Of a stretch of DNA of 64,000 nt, positions 40,290 through 52,674 are shown piece by piece; within the stretch, counting starts at the first letter, position 1, and every line of letters begins with the position of its first letter. The position numbers were made by a program, and so were the translations under genes. The DNA is from Mobula hypostoma (lineage: Eukaryota). The stretch is taken from contig NC_086097.1 of NCBI RefSeq assembly GCF_963921235.1, positions 218,800,001 to 218,864,000 on the forward strand. The letters run 5' to 3'. The notes beneath the pieces are model-generated. The model was not told the origin of the DNA, searched no databases, and saw only the letters and a list, made by a program, of their open reading frames with translations.

Positions 40290-40600
40290 TAAAAAAAGGC
40301 ATCCGTTAGTCTTGCTAGACCATGGATCTGCGCCTGGAAAGTCTTCACTCTCCAGGGTGCAGGCCTGGGCAAGGTTGTATGGAAGACCAGCAGTTGCCCA
40401 TGCTGCAAGTCTCCCCTATCCATGATACCAATGTTGTCCAAAGGAAGGGCATTAGGACCCATACAGCTTGGCACCAGTGCAGAACAATGTGTGATTAAGT
40501 GCCTTGCTCAAGGACACAACACGTTGCCTCGGCTGGGGCTCGAACTCATGACCTTTAGGTAGCTAGTCCAATGCCTTAACCACTTGGCCACGTGCCCACA
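40290..40600 (-). mobile_element. tRNA-derived SINE with CORE-like centre and RTE-derived 3' end
   Basis: A box TGGCCAAGTGG, B box GAGTTCGAGCC, central GTGTCCTTGAGCAAGGCACTTAA. The 3' ~48 nt match the RTE 3' UTR at 33517-33564. TSD GTGTTGCTCGT / GTGTTGCTTGT. Confidence 0.85.
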
Positions 40601-41639
40601 TGTGTTGCTTGTACTACTGCAGTTTTATCAGTTCTTCTCCACTGTACCAACATACCATTTTATGGTACACAATGGCAGAAAAAGGGTCCTTGTCTGAGAG
40701 TTCCATAAGGAATTTCTCTCAATAAATGTTTGCTTTTTCCATGTCTGCTCCTACCAACTGCATGGTGATCTAATTAATGTGATTTAGCTAAAATAGCAAA
40801 GAGCAATCACAAATACTGAAGATCAGTCCAGAGCATTCATGTTATCAACCATTGTCCTGCAGAATAGAAATCCGCTGAGCAAGGTCAGGATTCCTTAAAC
40901 ATGATACCACTCACCAGAAAATACCATGGCATTCAGGCAACACATTCAGGGTAATCATAATCATTTATATGTTATGATCATACCTGCAAAGTAAGATGTG
41001 AGGATACCAAAAGAGTACATTACTGAATAAATCCAGTCAAGAGAACTGGGTATAAAACAAAAAAAAATAGTAAAATGCTATTTTAAAACAGTTTTCTCTA
41101 AGCATGATGTAGTGTTTAACAGCTACATAAGAGGTAGTTGTAAACTTTGACAACAGTCTCCTGTCCCAATTAGGCAGCATAGTGTCCCAAATAAATGAAA
41201 GGAATCCTGGCTATTTTCTCAATTATTTTTTGGTCTTTAAAAGTTATTCCAAATAAGTGGTTATCCTAATTAACTGATGGCCCAGTTATCTGAATCCACT
41301 GTATATGCATTAGTGGTACTAGAGTAATCATGGATGATTTTAACCAGGTTAGCTATAATACTGAGGAGTCAGAATTCCTGAAGTGAGTACATGACAGCTT
41401 TTTGAACCAGTGCTTCGAACAATGAACTGGAGAACAGGCTTTTTTAGCTGGAATATTGTGCAATGAGAAATGATTAGTTATTAATGTTGTCATGTGGGGT
41501 GCATCAGCCTAGTATAACAAATACTGAAGGGGAAATAGTTCAATGGTGGAAAGCAAAACAGGATAAGAATAACATCAGATCCAAAGAGAAGTTATTTAAG
41601 ATCCCCAGACAAGTGTTTTCTTTTTCAATACTTCTACTT

Positions 41640-42420
41640 CCTTCACCCATTCAGGCAATTAATTCAAGATTCCAACCACCCCACCGGTGAAAAAAATCTT
41701 CCTTAAATATCCTCTCACCCTCAACCTATGCCTTAAAATTTGGATACCTCTGCCAGGGGAAAACTTTCTCACTTTCTGCCATCTCAACTCAGATCTCACA
41801 GGCTCTAACCTTTTTGTAAGTTTCAAAATAATTCAATAAACTTGTTGAGATGGAATATCCCCCTAACAAAAGCAAACTATCTGTGATTAATCCCTGCCTT
41901 TCCAGGTGTTCATTAATTCTGTTTCTCCAATTGTTTTCTACTAACTTTGGTTCACTGACCTATAAATAGATGGCTAACACTCTCTCTAAATGGACTATCT
42001 CACTTCTACCCTTTAGTCCAGAGGAAGAGACTCACTTCCACAAATACTGCCTGACCAGGTGAGTTCCTCCAGCATTTTGTTTGTTAACCCTGATGCCACT
42101 GTTGAATAAAGGTACCATATTTCTTCCAGTGATCTGGCACCTCACCTGTGACAGGTGAAAACTTATAAATCCCTTGCAAGGCCCAGTATTCTCCTTTCTT
42201 GCCTTGCAGAGCAGCCTGGAGTAGACAGGCCCTGGGATTTTGCCCACTTTTAATTCCACTAAGGCTCCATTTTCATGATAATGTTCAAGAATTTCACCGC
42301 TACCTTCACAGAATTCTTCAAATAATATCCTTCTCCTTAAGGATGACAAATGAGAAGTATTAAGTTTAGATCTCACCTACATTCTCTGACTCCATGCACA
42401 GATTGTATCTTGCATGACTA
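41640..42420 (-). mobile_element. Highly decayed CR1 with a small PLE-tail insert (about 42033-42085)
   Basis: Remnant LKVGKIPGP..YSRLL peptide. Confidence 0.55.
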
Positions 42421-42444
42421 ATGGGCCCTACTTTTTCCCTGGCT

Positions 42445-42550
42445 TCATCATCAGTCCTGAAGAAGGGTCTTGGTCCAAAACATTGCCTGTTTATTCCTTT
42501 CCATAGACGCTGCCTAACGTGCTGAGTTCCACTAGCATTTGGATGTGTTA
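42445..42550 (+). mobile_element. PLE-end fragment with decayed HHR
   Basis: AGTCCTGAAGAAGGGTCTTGGTCCAAAACATTGCCT followed by the family tail. Confidence 0.7.
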
Positions 42551-42559
42551 TCCAATAAT

Positions 42560-44070
42560 ATAAAAGAGGATACTAAATTTTTTTTCAGATATATAAAGAG
42601 TAAAAGAGGTGAGAGTGGATATTGGATTGCTGGAAAATGATGCTGAAGTGACAGTAATGGAGGATAAAGATATGGCAGATGAACTTAATGAATATTTTTC
42701 ATCAGTCTTCACTGAAGAAGACACTGGTAGTATGCCAGAAATTTAAGAGTGTCAGGGGCAGAAGTCAATGTAGCTGCTATTACTAAGGAGAAGGGCTTGT
42801 GAAGCTGAAAGGTCTGAAGGTAGGTATTGTAGGTTACCTGGACTAGATGGAATACACCCCAGGGTTCTGAAAGACCTAGCTGAAGAGATTTTGGAGGCAT
42901 TAGTAATGATCTTTAGAATCACTAGACTCTGGAATGCTTCAAATGTCATCTCCCTCCTTAAGAAGGGAGGGCGATAAGAGCAGATGATTTTACAGGAAAG
43001 GTACGAGCATGGATAGGAGATTGGCTGACTGGCAGGAGGCAAAAATTGGGAATAAAGGTTCCTTTTCTGATTAGCTGCCACTGATTTGTGGTGTTCTGCA
43101 TGGGTTGGTAATGGTACTACCACTTTTCATGCTATATATTAAGAATTTGGATGATGAAATTGATGGCTTTGTCATCAAGTTTGTGGACAATGTGAAGATA
43201 GATGGAGGCCAGGTACCATTGCGAAAGCTGGGTGTCTGCAGAAGGACTTAGGCAGATTAGGAGAATCAGCAAAGAACGAGCAGATGGAATATAGTGTCAG
43301 GAAAGTGCATGGTTATGCACTTTGGTAGAAGGAATAAAGGCATATACCATTTTCTAAATGGGGAGAAAATTCAAAAGTCAGATATGCAAAGGGACTTTTG
43401 GAGTCCTTATGCAGGATTCCTGAAAGGTTAACTTGCAGGTTAAGTCAGTGGTAAGGAAAGCAATTGCAATGGTAACATTCATTTTGAGAGGACTAGAATA
43501 TAAGAACAAGGATGTGATGTTGAGGCTTTATAAAGCATTGGTCAGACCACAGTTGGAGTACCACTAGCAGTTATAGGCTCCTTATCTAAGAAAATATATG
43601 GAAAGGGGCCAGAGAATGTTCACGAGAATGATTCCAGGAATTATGGGGTTAATGGATGAGGAATGTTTGATGGCTCTGGACCAATACTCACTGGAGTTCA
43701 GGAGCATGAGGGAGATCTCATTAAAACCTATTGAATATTAAAGGACCTAAAAAGGGTGGATATGGAGAGGATCTTTCCTATAGTGGGTGACCAGAGTGTG
43801 CAGCCTTAAAAAGGGGGACATCCATTTAGAACAGAGCTGAGGAGGAATTTCTTTAGCCAGGGGGTGGTGAATCTGTGGAATTCATTTTTCACGGATGGCT
43901 GTAGATGCCAGTTCATTGACTATATTTAAAGCGGAATTGAGTGGTTCTTGACAACTCGTCAAAGGTTACGGGGAGAAGGGAATAATAAATCAGCCATGAT
44001 GGAATGGCAGAACAGACTCGATGAACCAAATGGCCTTATTCTGCTCCTTTGTTTTATGGCCTTTTGCTCC
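42560..44070 (+). mobile_element. Decayed CR1
   Basis: Remnant CR1 ORF2 motifs and 3' UTR. Confidence 0.8.
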
Positions 44071-44879
44071 AATCTCCCATGATTGCATTAAATAGAGGAG
44101 CTGAGTCAAAGAGCTGAATGTGGCTCATTCCTGCTCCATCCCACAGTACAGTGGTATTTGCTGAAAATGCCTGGCGGTGCGGACTCCATGAAGATGAAGG
44201 AGTCAAGAAGTGTGGAAGTGACCATCAATAAAATCTTCTCATGCTCCACAAATAGTTGAATCCAGACCATGTTTTAAATTTATTTTATTGTTTTTCCAGC
44301 TTTCCTTATTAATGGATTCATGTGTACAGTTGCAGACGTGACTTATTTTAAGAACATACGATGTATTTGATAAAAATGTGAAAATGCATTGTTAAATTGC
44401 CATAACAAATTTTGGGAAAACAATGTAGCAGTGTAATTAACTGGGAAGTGCCCATGAAATGGCCTCATGTTCTTCCTTTGTGCATTTTTCCATCTCCTCT
44501 GTCCCAAGTTTATTGCACAAAATGACATTTCTCAACACACATATGCACATTTTTTGTCAGTCAGTAGTGAATTATTTTAGAATTGTTATGTTAATGATAG
44601 GTATAAAAGGAAAAACAGAAAATGTGTAGAAAGGATTTGAAAAGAACAGTATATTATTCTGGAATAATGTTTAAAAAGCAAACAATAATATACTGCAAAT
44701 GCCTGATATCTGAAATTAATGTAGGATATGATGGAATTTTCCCACACATCATACACCATTTATTTAAAGAGAAACAGATTCATTTGTTTCAGGTTGATGA
44801 ACTGAGGTTTACAACTTTCTATTTCTGCAGATGCCTGATCTGTCCAGATTTCAGTTGTTAGTTTCTTTACCCCATGACA

Positions 44880-45650
44880 ATAGTATATCAGGATTAATGG
44901 ATCATTCTGGTTTTGGCAAGCTGCCAAAGCTAGTTGGCAAGTGAGGCCTCTCAGAAATCAAGAACAAGACCCTTAAATACTTGCAATGTATATTAATAAA
45001 TTAGATGAAGGAGTTGAGTATGTTGTAGGCAGATGTGCTGATGATACAAAGATAGGCCAGAAAGCAAGTTCTGAGGAGCATGTAAAGCCTCAGCGAAGTG
45101 GCACAGATAGATTCAGGATAAGGGCAAAAATTGTAAGAATAGAAAATTGTTTGAGAGGTACGGCTGAATCCTGAAGTCCACCGATAGTTGGATGTTCATG
45201 TGAATGAAAGAGATGAGCACTGTTCAACATTAGCGGGCAGGTTCAGCAAGTGGTTAAGGAGGCAAGCAAAGGGGTGTAATTTAAGAGCCTGAAGATTTGA
45301 GGGGAAACCTTATTAAAACATATAAAACCTCAAGGAGATTTAACAAGTAGATGTCAGTAGGAAGAGAATCACATAGGTACAAAACAAAAGAACAGGCATT
45401 TTAATCTGGGGTGCATAGAAATTTCTTCTCTCAGGTAGTAGTGAATCTCTGCCTTCATGGGTGGTGGAGGCCAGATCATTAGATGTTTTCAAGCTGGAGT
45501 TAGAAATATATTGGAAAGATTTAGGAATTGAGGGTGATGGAGAATGGCACAGTGGTCAGCATTGATCAGCTATGATCATATTGAATGAAAGGTCATGCTT
45601 GTGGGGCCTGGGGTCTCTACTTCTGTTCCTATATTCTAGTGTTCTTGATA
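44880..45650 (+). mobile_element. Decayed CR1 3' part
   Basis: YINKLDEG...CADDTKIG peptide and a CR1-like 3' UTR. Confidence 0.7.
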
Positions 45651-45721
45651 TTTAGTAGAATGTGTTTTAGTAAAGTTTACAATGAAGTGTACACTAGAAT
45701 AAAGTGAACTGTGATGTACAA

Positions 45722-46310
45722 TAGATTAGATTAGATTAGATTAGATTCAACTTTATTGTCATTGTGCTGAGCACAAATACAAAGCCAATGAAATGCAGTT
45801 AGCATTTAACCAGAAATGCAAAGAATAGTGTTATTTACAAAATAACTGTGAATAAAAAGTAAGTGCTACAGCACACAAATATAAAAGTACTGAGACAGTA
45901 CAATATGGATGCAATACTGCTTAGCGCTGTGATGTGAGGTTCAGCAGGGTCACAGCCTCAGGGAAGAAGCTCTTCCTGTGCCTGCTGGTGTGGGAGCGGA
46001 GGCTCCTGTAGCACCTACCAGATAGGAGGAGAGTAAAAAGTCCATGGTTAGGGTGAGATGCATCCTTGATAATGCTTTTCGCCCTGCCCAGGCAGCATTT
46101 ATGTTAGATGTTCTCAATGGTGGGCAATTCGGTGCCGATAATCTGCTGGGCAGTTTTCACTACACGCTGGAGTGCTTTGCGGTCCGATACAGGACAATTG
46201 CCATACCACACTGAGATGCAGTTGGTGAGTATACTCCCAATGGTACAGCGGTAAAAGTCTGTCAGTATCCTGGGACAGAGGTAAGCATTCTTGATGCTCC
46301 GCAGGAAATA
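45722..46310 (-). mobile_element. Rex1/Babar 3' end, same young subfamily as 4756-5343
   Basis: (TTAGA)n tail and near identity to 4756-5343. Confidence 0.92.
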
Positions 46311-46450
46311 ACTCATTATTGCAGGCCTTCCTGTGATGCAGTGATGGTTCACCTCAATCCAGTGCTTTATAATGAATGTTTAATAAACTTGATAACCAAT
46401 GATGCTTTCAGCCCGTTCAATATGTAATGACTGTCATCTGTTTCCACCAG

Positions 46451-46493
46451 ATTATACAAACTGTGTCAACCCCCCCCTGATGGTGATGCTTGA
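46451..46493 (+). CDS. PREX2: PREX2-like terminal coding exon, to the TGA stop
   Basis: ctgtttccaccag acceptor; the first A completes the Arg codon (AG+A). Encodes LYKLCQPPPDGDA*, a PREX-family C-terminus. Confidence 0.9.
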
Positions 46494-49400
46494 AGACACC
46501 TGCTTCAAAACTTGAAGATATCTGGGCATTGCTTCTTCAACTACAATTCAGAGGGTTTGCACTGTAAATAGTAGGATACTCCTGGCTTTCAAACAAGATA
46601 TTGCTGGGAAGTGCTGGTGAAATGTGCTGCATTTTCTAAGATAAACCTCAGCTATTCAAACTGGAATAAATGCTTTTCTTTGCCACATCGAACAGGCACA
46701 AATTAGGGTGGTTGTTCAGTAAATTTCTTTTTCAAACCATGAAGCTAATTATTGCTTATTGTAAATTTATTAAGCATAAATAGGTTTCATTATCTATCAA
46801 ATTAAGAAGCTTTAGTCAGTTTGTATCTTTTACAATCCTTTTAACTTTACCTTAAAGTATTAAGCAATAATTTGTTGATAAAGTTTTGTATATTTAAACA
46901 GGTTCACTATTTAGGATTATATTATAACTGGCTCTTTTCAGGCATAAGAACATTAACAAATGCACAGCAATCATTGTTGTTCGAAGCTCTCTACAGATGA
47001 TAGCGAGTACGTGAAAAGACTGCAATATTACAAGGGGATTCTGATGTTTTAGGTATCACAGCCATAGTCTCTTTTTATCACCTCAAGGCTGAGATGATGT
47101 TATAAACTTAATCTCAGCCCCAACCCGAATTTGTTTATTTTAATGTGTTGGAAGATCACAGCCCTGTTTTTTCTCTTGCGTGTAGAATCCTCTGTGGCAG
47201 TATTTGTATTGTGAAATAAGAAAGGAGGGGTCTTGAAGCAGCGTCTGTTTTCCTTCATTTAGCAAGAAGGGAAGGTGATTCAGTTTCGCTTTTGCAGAAA
47301 ATTAACTATCTTGCATACTGTATATTGTAAATGCATAACACTTGAACAAATATTCCTTTCATCAAGCAAACAATATTTAAATGCACAAAATATAAACTTT
47401 TACTGCCTTTTTATTAGATAGGAACTGATGTAAAATACATTTGCATTTGTATAATTAGGAACAATATCAGGTGACATTCTCTCAGGATTAAGACTTTTAC
47501 TTACTAATGTGCAAAAATAACTTCAAGGTCTTATTCTTGATGTGGGTTTTTTTTAAGTATAACCTTATTCTCTTCTGTTGGCCAATTTCAGTGTAACAAT
47601 TTATGCTTGCTTTTAAGCAGTTGTACTTTACGGTGAAATGGACAATCATATTGAAAGTAGCTAGGCATAGTTCTAATCTTAAATAATAAATAGTTGTATC
47701 CAGATAATTGGCTACTTGAAAAGCTATGACTTTCAAATATTTGAGTTTTACCATAGTGTTCGTGGACAGGTAATCAAACATTCCAAGTTTATGGAAGAGA
47801 ATCATTTCACTTAGCTCATCATCTGGGTTAGCGATATGTTTCTACAAGGACTAGTTGCTTGTGTCCCATTCAAGCAATACTGTAATGACCTGAATAGCCT
47901 CCTTCAACACTCTAAAAACAATCAACAATTCTATGACTCCCAATTGTTACAAATACCCTTCTTTTTTTTTCCAAGCAAACACAAAACTACCTTTTTCATT
48001 TCACGGAGTCTTTTATCAAGTTAAAAATAGGTGTTCTTCTTATATTGATTGCATGCATCACATGGCAATAACTTTCCCCAATTACATTTACTCTGTGCTT
48101 TCTAAGCAATAAAGATGCAATCGGCAAACAAAATTCATTGGATCTACTGAGCCCTGTTTACTTTCTATATGTCCAAAATAATTGTTTCTAGATGAGGGTT
48201 TGAGGTTTTTGGGCCCACTTCCTGTTGAACGCCTGCCCATCAGAAAACTGGAGGGGCAATTCTTGTGATTCACACTAGCACAGGTGTTATTTCCCCATTT
48301 TTGCCATCGTCAATGAACACTGCACTTGCCAACAGAAACCAGATTATAGGTTGCAGCCTACAACATTGGCTTTCAGCTTTCAATGAAACAAATACATTAC
48401 ATCAGCAGTTACTGAATTGATGTGTCCCCGAAAGGTCGTTGCTTTGTGTTTCATAAATCTCACCCATCCCAGTCATTTCAGTATATTAAAAACCTCATTA
48501 TTGAAGCAGGCCTAAGCATGGATGGCTTTAGGTCACAGATATCTAGATTTGTGCCCCCGTTTCAACTTGAAGTCACACGTGTCTGGTAGGGAGGGAGATC
48601 GGCCGGTCACTGGCTGTGGGCAGAGGTAGGATTGTTGTACAGTGCAATCACAACCTACAGGCCCGAGCACTGTTTATCCCGTCCTCTGCCTTTTCCCTCA
48701 TGATATCCCTGTTGCTGTCAAAGAGAATAAAATAGCACTGCCTTGCTGCCCATACGATTGTATCTACTTAAGCTGCTTAATTAATCACAATTTAATACTT
48801 CTGAAAGGTGGGAATCACAATTTTCAAAGCAAGAATGTGGTATATTTCCTTTTCCTTCTACGGCACCTTATGATACATTTGGTGCATCAAAAATGGGTGA
48901 AATCCTATTGCTAGAAAAAATGTATTTTATTTCCCCGAGGACGAAATTCACATTTCCAAGTGCTATCATTGCTCCTCGGAGCCAGGTACCTGATAAGCTG
49001 TTTCCAGAAACTGCTGCTGCCTACAAATACATACAGTACATTAATAGGGGCACTTACTTAAACATTCAATATTACATCAATGCCTAGCACATTAACTATG
49101 AATGTTAGAGTCAGATTTATAGAACAGAATCTGAAGTATCAATGTTGTGTCCTGGGTTAGCACTTTCCCTAACCTAGTTTCCTGCAGGGGAAGTGACTGA
49201 CCACTGCGCAATCTCACAACAAACCCAAGTTGTGTCATGTTTTGGAGCCAGTTGTTCGCTCTAAAACTATTATATGATAAAGCACTGTCTTTGATTTTTA
49301 GAATTTGTGAAATCATTTAATCTAATTTTAGCTTTACATGGTTGGCAGGAAATAGATGCCACTGATTTAGGACCTGTTTTACACACGATCTGATTTTGCC

Positions 49401-50800
49401 TTCTGACAGCGGGCTGCAGTTGGTTTCCTGTCAGTTTCCCACTGGATGAGTTAGCAGATAATTACTTCCATTACTTTACAGGAATATTTCTTTCTAAGTA
49501 CTTTTAGTGACATTATGAAGTTAAGTATGTCAAACTTACATACTTTAAAATGTGTGTTAAAGAAACTGATAAACTTGATTTTATATAAATAATCTGCTGA
49601 TTAGTATCAATATATATGGTTCATATTTTAAGTATTTTAATCTTGCACTAACTTGCAGAAATAGGATTGGAAGATGACATTGGGGAATGGACATTAGAAA
49701 AATACAGTCATATTAGTTCCTGATGTAGAATTTGCCTGACACAAGACTTTACTGTACATACATTCTGAATCAAATTTTAATCAAGATGGCAAAAGGTAAA
49801 AGAAGCAAATGATGTCACACCTTCATTATAAAATTCAGTTAACTAATAATGGAACCTGGGTCAGTCATATTCCATGTGGCTCGGAGATGAATCACAGAGT
49901 ATATTTAATATAAACCAATATCACTTTGATAGATTTGCCAGAAATGTTGAGATTGTAGTACCTAATATTTTCTCTATATTTTCTGCAGTGACGGTGCTGA
50001 GGGATTATTGCAATGAAAATAGAAAATCTAAATGTAGTGGGGAGGAAATTTTTGTGAAGGTGCATTTTTGTGGACTTATAATGAAATCTTCATGATCTTC
50101 AATAACAATGCAAAAATAATCAACTTTACGTAGCAGAATTGTTCTCTTTCATTATTATAAATTAAATTATAAGTAAGAACTTATTTGTTCTCTGATAACT
50201 ACATTATTCCCTTTGTTAAATGAAACATTCTTCAAAATGGAAGGTAAAATATAGAATCCAATTTCCTTTCATGTTCTTTAAATGCTTTAATATTTCATAA
50301 AGTATGATTTCAAAAGATCCAAATCAGGCTTTGAGATCTTGAACTATTTAACTTCCATTGATGCAATGGTACATTATTTGAATAAAGCCATTGAGAAAGC
50401 TTATTCTGGAAATAATTAATGTTTCTGAGTGTATTGACTGTGACTGTTAGACTGAGGGCTTTGAATTTCTGTAATGACTTATAACTAGCGATGTACCATG
50501 ATGCATGTTAGTTCTATGTGTGTTACATTTAATCTTTTCCCTGATAAAGTTATAAGCTGAAGTTTGTATGCCTTTCAAAAGAATACCTTTCTCTGTAAAT
50601 ACATAATTACAGTATGCTGTGATATATTGTTAAATTATACTGACTATTTAATCATACTTATATATTAAACACTTAATGCAGGAATGGAACACAGTGTTTA
50701 AAGCAAAGCTGTTACATTTTCTTTATGTTTGAAATATATTGCTGTAGAAATGCAATTAAATTCAACTGATAATAAAAAAAATAAAATCTGCAGGATGCTA
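46494..50800 (+). promoter_or_regulatory. Putative long 3' UTR of PREX2
   Basis: Directly follows the stop codon. About 4.3 kb, AT-rich, with no recognisable TE. AATAAA at 46665, 50381 and 50771; TGTANATA motifs at 46563, 49753 and 50594. The true 3' end is uncertain. Confidence 0.6.
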
Positions 50801-51188
50801 CAATCAAGTGAATCTTCTAAAAAAATGTTTAAACTACAGTTAAAAAAAAAATGCCAGTTTACAAACTATAGTCCTGGATTTCATCGATGTCACCAACTGC
50901 TACTGATATCTACTGCTTTCTTCTGCCTGCTTTTCTGGTTAATATTAGAGTTCGGAAAGGTGCCTCAATCAATCATTGACTTAGATACAACCCTCAACTC
51001 ATTCTCCCAATTTAAGACAGGTAATAAGGTTATCCCAAGAAACCACTCCAGGAGACTTCTTGGTTAGGCACCTAGCCAATGAAAAAGACATAAAGAAAAC
51101 CCAGAAACTTGCAGACTGGTTAAACGACAAAGAAACTGGTTTTTCAGCCCACCACGTGCCTGCCAACCATCAAGTACCTTTCTATACC

Positions 51189-51325
51189 AGTCCTGAAGAA
51201 TTGTCTTGGCCCAAAATGTCAACTGTTTACTCTTTTCCATAGATGCTGCCCAACATGCTGAGTTCCTCCAGTATTTTATGTGTGTTGCTATGGATCTCCA
51301 GCATCTGCAGACTCTCTCCTGCTGG
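51189..51325 (+). mobile_element. PLE-end fragment with decayed HHR
   Basis: AGTCCTGAAGA...CAAAATGTCAACT followed by the family tail. Confidence 0.7.
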
Positions 51326-51479
51326 TGCCTTTCTATACCAATCTCACTTGCCTTGGTGATTTCTGAAAGGCTTCTTTCCCAGAGTTTCATCAAAATACTG
51401 CACACACCAACAGCTCACACAAAATACTGGAGGAACTGGTACTGGTGCCCCTGAATAACACAGATGAGAGATGGAGAGT

Positions 51480-52095
51480 GAGGAACAAATTTGCTGCGGT
51501 AAGTCATCCACCCAGAATACTCTCTCATTTTATGTTCAGTACGTAACACATAGGGAAGCTTGACAGTAACCCATAAACGTCAAAACATATAACATATCCC
51601 TCCCACCTTATCTTAAAGGTTTCCAACCTTTCCTGTACACAGACCAGCTAGAGATTCAATCTGTCTGGAGGCCGCATGTTCCTGTGTGAGCACTGACAAC
51701 CTGGGATGACACCAAAGTAATTTTATCTCTCGGTGGTGTAAGTATAGATCTTGACTTGGGTACTGTAAGCTCCTTCCGTTGAGCCAGGTAAGGTTTCAGT
51801 TCTATTGTTGGCTCTCCTTTCCATTTGTGAGTTACCATGTCCAGCACTTTAGGAGGAACAGGGTCAATACATGCGTGCTTCTGGACTTGCACCACAGTTA
51901 TTGCAGTTCTAGGTACTTGTGTGAAATAAAAGGTCTCTTTTAAGGATGGCTTTGGAGCTGTAACAGCAGGAGAAGTCTGGATGCTCTATCAGCATTCAAA
52001 TGGTGCATTGACCAGCTGTACTTTATGTTGTACTGACCTGCAGAGAGTAACAAAGCTCAGCATGGCATTTGACTAGCAGCCAGGGAAGGAATGCT
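51480..52095 (-). mobile_element. Decayed Gypsy-like pol fragment
   Basis: Peptide DPVPPKVLDMV...LKPYLAQRKELTV resembles the Gypsy RNaseH-integrase linker. Confidence 0.5.
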
Positions 52096-52347
52096 CGCAT
52101 AAGACCACAACACCATAAGACACAGGAGCAGAATTAGACCATTCAGCCCATTGAGTCTGCTTGGCTCTTCCACCATGGCTGATTCCAGATCCCACTCAAC
52201 TCCATGCACCTGCCTTCTTGCCATATCTTTTGATACCCTGACTGATCAGGAAGCTATCAACTTCCGACTTAAATATACCAACAGACAACACACATCAAAG
52301 TTGCTGGTGAACGCAGCAGGCCAGGCAGCATCTATAGGAAGAGGCGC

Positions 52348-52383
52348 AGTCGACGTTTCAGGCCGAGACCCTTCGTCAGGACT
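52348..52383 (-). ncRNA. Minimal hammerhead ribozyme motif, intact
   Basis: Reverse complement AGTC-CTGACGA-AGGGTCTCGGCCT-GAAA-CGTC-GACT. Confidence 0.82.
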
Positions 52384-52674
52384 AACTGAAGGAAGAGTGA
52401 GTAAGAGATTTGAAAGCTGGAAGGGGAGGGGGAGATGCAAAATGATAGGAGAAGACAGGAGGGGGAGGGATAGAGCCGAGAGCTGGACAGGTGATAGGCA
52501 GAAGGGGATACGAGAGGATCATGGGACAGGAGGTCCGGGAAGAAAGACGGGGGGGGTGACCCAGAGGATGGGCAAGAGGTATATTCAGAGGGACAGAGGG
52601 AGAAAAAGGAGAGTGAGAGAAAGAATGTGTGCATAAAAAAGAGTAACAGATGGGGTACGAGGGGGAGGTGGGGC

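Noticed and set aside
40520..40600. tRNA-like sequence
   Set aside because: It is a SINE head followed by SINE body and TSD, and I see no complete cloverleaf.
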